Source: a candidate division WOR-3 bacterium (GTDB lineage Bacteria > Hydrothermota > UBA3073). Taken from it: DNA of 64,000 bases. A model generated the notes under the pieces. It saw only the letters and a list, made by a program, of their open reading frames with translations. It ran no database searches and had not been told where the DNA came from. Of this stretch, positions 60,544-64,000 are shown in pieces; the first letter of the stretch is position 1, and each line of letters begins with the position of its first letter. The stretch is from assembly GCA_023129165.1 (NCBI GenBank), contig JAGMCL010000111.1, positions 201-64,200 of the forward strand. Reading direction: 5' to 3'. Position numbers and translations under genes: made by a program.

Positions 60544-62091
60544 ATGGTTCTTCTAAGACCCGAAGATTTAAAGAAGATACTGTCTCTTATGAGACTGACA
60601 TTGAAAGAGAATGAAGATTACCTCAACAGTCTGAATGTATTTCCTGTTCCTGATGGAGATACTGGAACCAATATGTACTCAACTGTAAGAAGTGGATTAC
60701 AAGCAGTTAATAGTGCAAGAAACAGTTCACTTCAGGAAATACTTAGTGTTTTTGTTAGAGAGACTGTTATGGGAGCAAGAGGAAATTCTGGAGTTATACT
60801 TGCTCAGTATTTAGCAGGGGTAAGGGATATACTCGAAAAATCCGATTATCTATCTTTTTCTACTGTATCAGATATATTTGACCATGCGACTGAAGAGGCA
60901 ATAAATGCAATAGGTGACCCTGTTGAAGGTACTATACTAACTGTTATGGAGGATGTAAGGGATGCTGTAAAAGACCGCACCTTTGACAGTATTAAGGAAT
61001 TGTCTGAATTCATTGTGGAGGTAGCAAATAAATCCCTCAAGAGAACTCCAGATTTATTGCCAATTCTTAAAGAGGCAGGTGTAGTTGATGCTGGAGGACA
61101 GGGGTTTTGTCTTGTATTAGAGGCTATAGATGCATATCTTACGGGTAAAAAGACCAAGATACTGGAAGCAGAAGTAGACAAAACAGCAGATGTTTGGCAC
61201 GAAAAATCCTTCTACAGATTTTGTATAAATGTAACAATGAATCCGCCTGTATTAGATGTAAAGGAAAAACTGAAGGGTCTGGGAGATAGCCTTGTAGTTG
61301 GTCGCGAAAAAGAGCTTGTAAAGGTTCATATTCATTCCAATAATCCCCCGCTCGTTCTTGAAAGATGTAAAAAGATGGGTAATATCATAAGGGTGCAGAT
61401 AAACGATATGGATAAAGAGCAGAGGATGTTCCTTGGTGAGGATATAGATGGATTATCCGTTATTGCATACGGTGAAGGGGAGGGGATTAAGGATATTCTA
61501 AAAAGTATGGGTGTATCGGTTGTGCTTGCAGACGTAAAAAGCCCCAGTATAGGTGAAATCGTTGAAGCAGTGGAGAAAAATGGTAAAAAGGCTATCATAC
61601 TTCCAAATGACCATAATATTATACCTGCGGCCAAGAAGGCAAAACAACTCTCCAATATTGAATGTGAGGTTATAGAAACCAGATCAGTTCCAGAAGGTCT
61701 CGCTGCATTGCTTTCTTTCAGGGAGGATGGAGATCTTGATGAGGTAATAAATGATATGAAGAATGCGATTAAGAATATAATATGTAGTGAGATAAAATGG
61801 GCTGTGAGGGATGTGAAGATTGGTGGTATTACGATAAAAAAGGGTAATGCAATTTGCGTGAAGAATAAAAAACTTATTTCTGTCTCTGGTGACCCTATAA
61901 ACTGTCTTTTAGAATCAATATCCAAGTTAATAGAGGAACACAGTCTCATTACAGTATATTATGGAAAAGTCCTTGAAAAACAAGCCTTTGAAAATCTTTT
62001 AAATCAGATTAAGAAAAAATTCCCATCTGTAGAAGTTCAGTTATATTTTGGTGGTATGGCAAACTCATACTATATGTTTTCCCTTGAGTAA
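60544..62091 (+). CDS. yloV: DAK2-domain fusion protein YloV
   Basis: DAK2 motif VPDGDTGTNM and a C-terminal DegV-like region. About 515 aa. Confidence 0.7.
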   Translation: MVLLRPEDLKKILSLMRLTLKENEDYLNSLNVFPVPDGDTGTNMYSTVRSGLQAVNSARNSSLQEILSVFVRETVMGARGNSGVILAQYLAGVRDILEKSDYLSFSTVSDIFDHATEEAINAIGDPVEGTILTVMEDVRDAVKDRTFDSIKELSEFIVEVANKSLKRTPDLLPILKEAGVVDAGGQGFCLVLEAIDAYLTGKKTKILEAEVDKTADVWHEKSFYRFCINVTMNPPVLDVKEKLKGLGDSLVVGREKELVKVHIHSNNPPLVLERCKKMGNIIRVQINDMDKEQRMFLGEDIDGLSVIAYGEGEGIKDILKSMGVSVVLADVKSPSIGEIVEAVEKNGKKAIILPNDHNIIPAAKKAKQLSNIECEVIETRSVPEGLAALLSFREDGDLDEVINDMKNAIKNIICSEIKWAVRDVKIGGITIKKGNAICVKNKKLISVSGDPINCLLESISKLIEEHSLITVYYGKVLEKQAFENLLNQIKKKFPSVEVQLYFGGMANSYYMFSLE

Positions 62092-62397
62092 TATTTTCCT
62101 TGAATCTAATTATATGATCACCCACCATTCTAACTCCTTAATATTTACTAACTTAAGCTTGCCTTGTAATTCATATTTAGATTTTGGTGATACAAAAACA
62201 CTCTATTGATTTTTATTCAACTTGTATTCTTGATTGCAGATACACATTATTATCATTGCACTCTATAAATGATTATTGTAGATACACTACCTACCATCAG
62301 GCAAGTTATCCTTGCGAAAAGAGAGAAGGTAAGATCGCAAACTGCTCTTTGTCGCATACTCTGTGAGTGGTTAGTTTTTTGGCAATACTAAATCTTA

Positions 62398-62632
62398 GAT
62401 ACTATGAAAAATAATATGAAAGAATATGAAAGCGAAAATGTAGGGGTTCGATTTATCGAACCCGTAAAAGAAACTGGTCGGATACACGTCTGCCCTGCCT
62501 ACCGGCAGGCAGGCGTCGGGCAGGAATACGACCCGTACAAGAATTAGGGGAAGGCAAGTAAAAAATTGATAATTATCTTAAAAACTGTAGGTTATGAGAA
62601 GTTAGTTGAGATATTTTTGGCAATACTAAACC
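62398..62632 (+). repeat. copy C of the leader-associated repeat family, containing a REP
   Basis: Hairpins and CCTGCCTACCGGCAGGCAGG are present. Flanked by direct repeats TTTTTGGCAATACTAAA at 62375-62391 and 62614-62630. Ends 18 nt before the ATG at 62650. Confidence 0.8.
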
Positions 62633-62649
62633 TTAAACAAGAAGAAAAA

Positions 62650-63579
62650 ATGAATAGAATCCTGGTATTTCTAACTATATTAATTATTGCAGGATGCTCG
62701 ACTAAAAAAGATGTGAAACCATTGGCTGATTTTGATGCACTCTGGGATTACAATAATCCTGAGCAGACTGAAATCAAATTTCGGGAATTGATATCTATAG
62801 CAAAACAATCAGGTAACCTATCTTATTATGCCCAATTGTTGACACAAATAGCAAGGACACAAGGATTGCAGTATAAGTATGAGGATGCTCATCAAACACT
62901 TGATAGTGTTGAAACCATATTAACGGATGATTTAATTCTTGCAAGAATAAGATTTCTTCTTGAAAGAGGAAGGGTGTATAATTCTTCAAATTACCCGGAT
63001 AAAGCTAAAACACTCTTTTTAGAAGCATGGAAAATCGCAGATGCGAATAAAAAAGACTTCTATGCAATTGATGCAATACATATGTTGCAAATTGTTGAAC
63101 CACCAGAAAAACAGATAGAGTGGGCTAATAAAGCAATAGAACTGGCTGAAAAATCGACTGACCAGCGAGCAAAAAATTGGTTAGGTCCTTTGTACAACAA
63201 TACTGGTTGGACCTATCACGATTTGAAAGAATATGATAAGGCATTAGAGATATTTAAAAAGTTATTAAAATTGCGAGAGGAGAGTAATAATGTATATTCT
63301 ATAATAATCGCTAAATGGTGTATTGCAAGAACTTATCGATCACTCGGCAGAATAGATGAAGCCCTTGATATCCAGAGTGCATTAGAAAAAGAAATTGAAG
63401 AAGGGTTTGAACCCGATGGTTATGTGTTTGAGGAATTAGGGGAGTGTTTATTGTTATTGGGAGAAAAGGAAGAAGCACAAAAATATTTCAAACTTGCATA
63501 CGATATACTTTCAAAAGACGAGTGGTTAGTAAGAAATGAACATGAAAGATTGGAAAGATTAAAAGAGCTTGGAAAGTGA
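62650..63579 (+). CDS. TPR-repeat lipoprotein
   Basis: Start moved to ATG 62650, giving MNRILVFLTILIIAGCS with a lipobox. The ORF-track start at 62566 lies inside the repeat. Tetratricopeptide-like helical repeats. Confidence 0.55.
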   Translation: MNRILVFLTILIIAGCSTKKDVKPLADFDALWDYNNPEQTEIKFRELISIAKQSGNLSYYAQLLTQIARTQGLQYKYEDAHQTLDSVETILTDDLILARIRFLLERGRVYNSSNYPDKAKTLFLEAWKIADANKKDFYAIDAIHMLQIVEPPEKQIEWANKAIELAEKSTDQRAKNWLGPLYNNTGWTYHDLKEYDKALEIFKKLLKLREESNNVYSIIIAKWCIARTYRSLGRIDEALDIQSALEKEIEEGFEPDGYVFEELGECLLLLGEKEEAQKYFKLAYDILSKDEWLVRNEHERLERLKELGK

Positions 63580-63641
63580 AGGTAATAATTGTTTATATGG
63601 TTGAGTATCGATTGAAAATTTAAAATCCTGAAGGAGGAGAG

Positions 63642-63935
63642 GTGGATAATAAGAAAAAGAAAGAGAAACGCACCTGGACTGAGGAAATAGAAATTGCTGG
63701 AAGTGAACTTGTGGAACGTGTAAAAGAATTGATTAAAGAGGGTAATGTTCGTAGGTTAATTATTAGAAAATCAAGCGGTGAGATTTTGGTTGAAATACCA
63801 CTAACTGCAGGTGTAGTAGTTGGCAGTGTGGTGACATTTTTCTCGCCGATACTGGTAGCATTGGGTGCAATGGCAGCGCTGCTTGCAAAGGTTAGGATTC
63901 AGATCGTCCGTACAGAAGATGATGAAGAAAAATAA
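63642..63935 (+). CDS. DUF4342-like small protein
   Basis: Pattern ELVERVKELIKEGNVRRLIIRKSSGEILVEIPLTAGVV. Confidence 0.4.
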   Translation: MDNKKKKEKRTWTEEIEIAGSELVERVKELIKEGNVRRLIIRKSSGEILVEIPLTAGVVVGSVVTFFSPILVALGAMAALLAKVRIQIVRTEDDEEK

Positions 63936-64000
63936 CTAATTGAAGTGATGCAGATTTATTATAATTATAGAGTACTATAATAGAGGAGGTCGAAAATGGA

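Overview
This 64-kb window is AT-rich (roughly mid-30s % GC by eye) and carries about 50 protein-coding genes. The source looks like an anaerobic bacterium outside the classical Bacteroidetes. Promoters are sigma70-type TTGACA-17-TATAAT, it encodes a tungsten-type aldehyde:ferredoxin oxidoreductase (AOR), and the sequence style resembles an uncultivated FCB-group genome. Eight secreted proteins carry type-IX secretion system (T9SS, Por_Secre_tail) C-terminal sorting domains (CTDs).

Housekeeping genes read directly from the sequence:
- trpS, gyrB, smc, tmk, rpsT, thiE, maf
- hom, thrB and a dapA-family gene
- mobB, an ECF sigma factor, polyprenyl synthase, myo-inositol-1-phosphate synthase
- yloV, an NSS transporter, two M23 peptidases

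The accessory content is dominated by T9SS cargo: endonuclease I, YVTN, LVIVD and PQQ-like beta-propellers, a 956-aa protein built from about 46-aa tandem repeats, and a 1711-aa giant.

The most unusual feature is a modular repeat of about 220-380 bp present in at least five copies plus one degenerate copy. It is bounded by TGTGAAAAATA-type terminal inverted repeats and holds three strong GC-rich hairpins. Every copy lies 16-25 nt upstream of a start codon and is co-oriented with that gene. In two cases a canonical sigma70 promoter sits just upstream, so the element would form the beginning of the 5' UTR.

Other notable content:
- a REP-associated tyrosine transposase (RAYT, Y1 HUH) gene flanked by 25-bp inverted repeats
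- many REP-like CCTGCCTACCGGCAGGCAGG palindromes, including an inverted pair bracketing the giant gene
- a tandem array of 27-bp hairpin repeats
- a 600-bp cryptic-repeat spacer
- a 'lawyer-type' GTCATTGCGAG repeat
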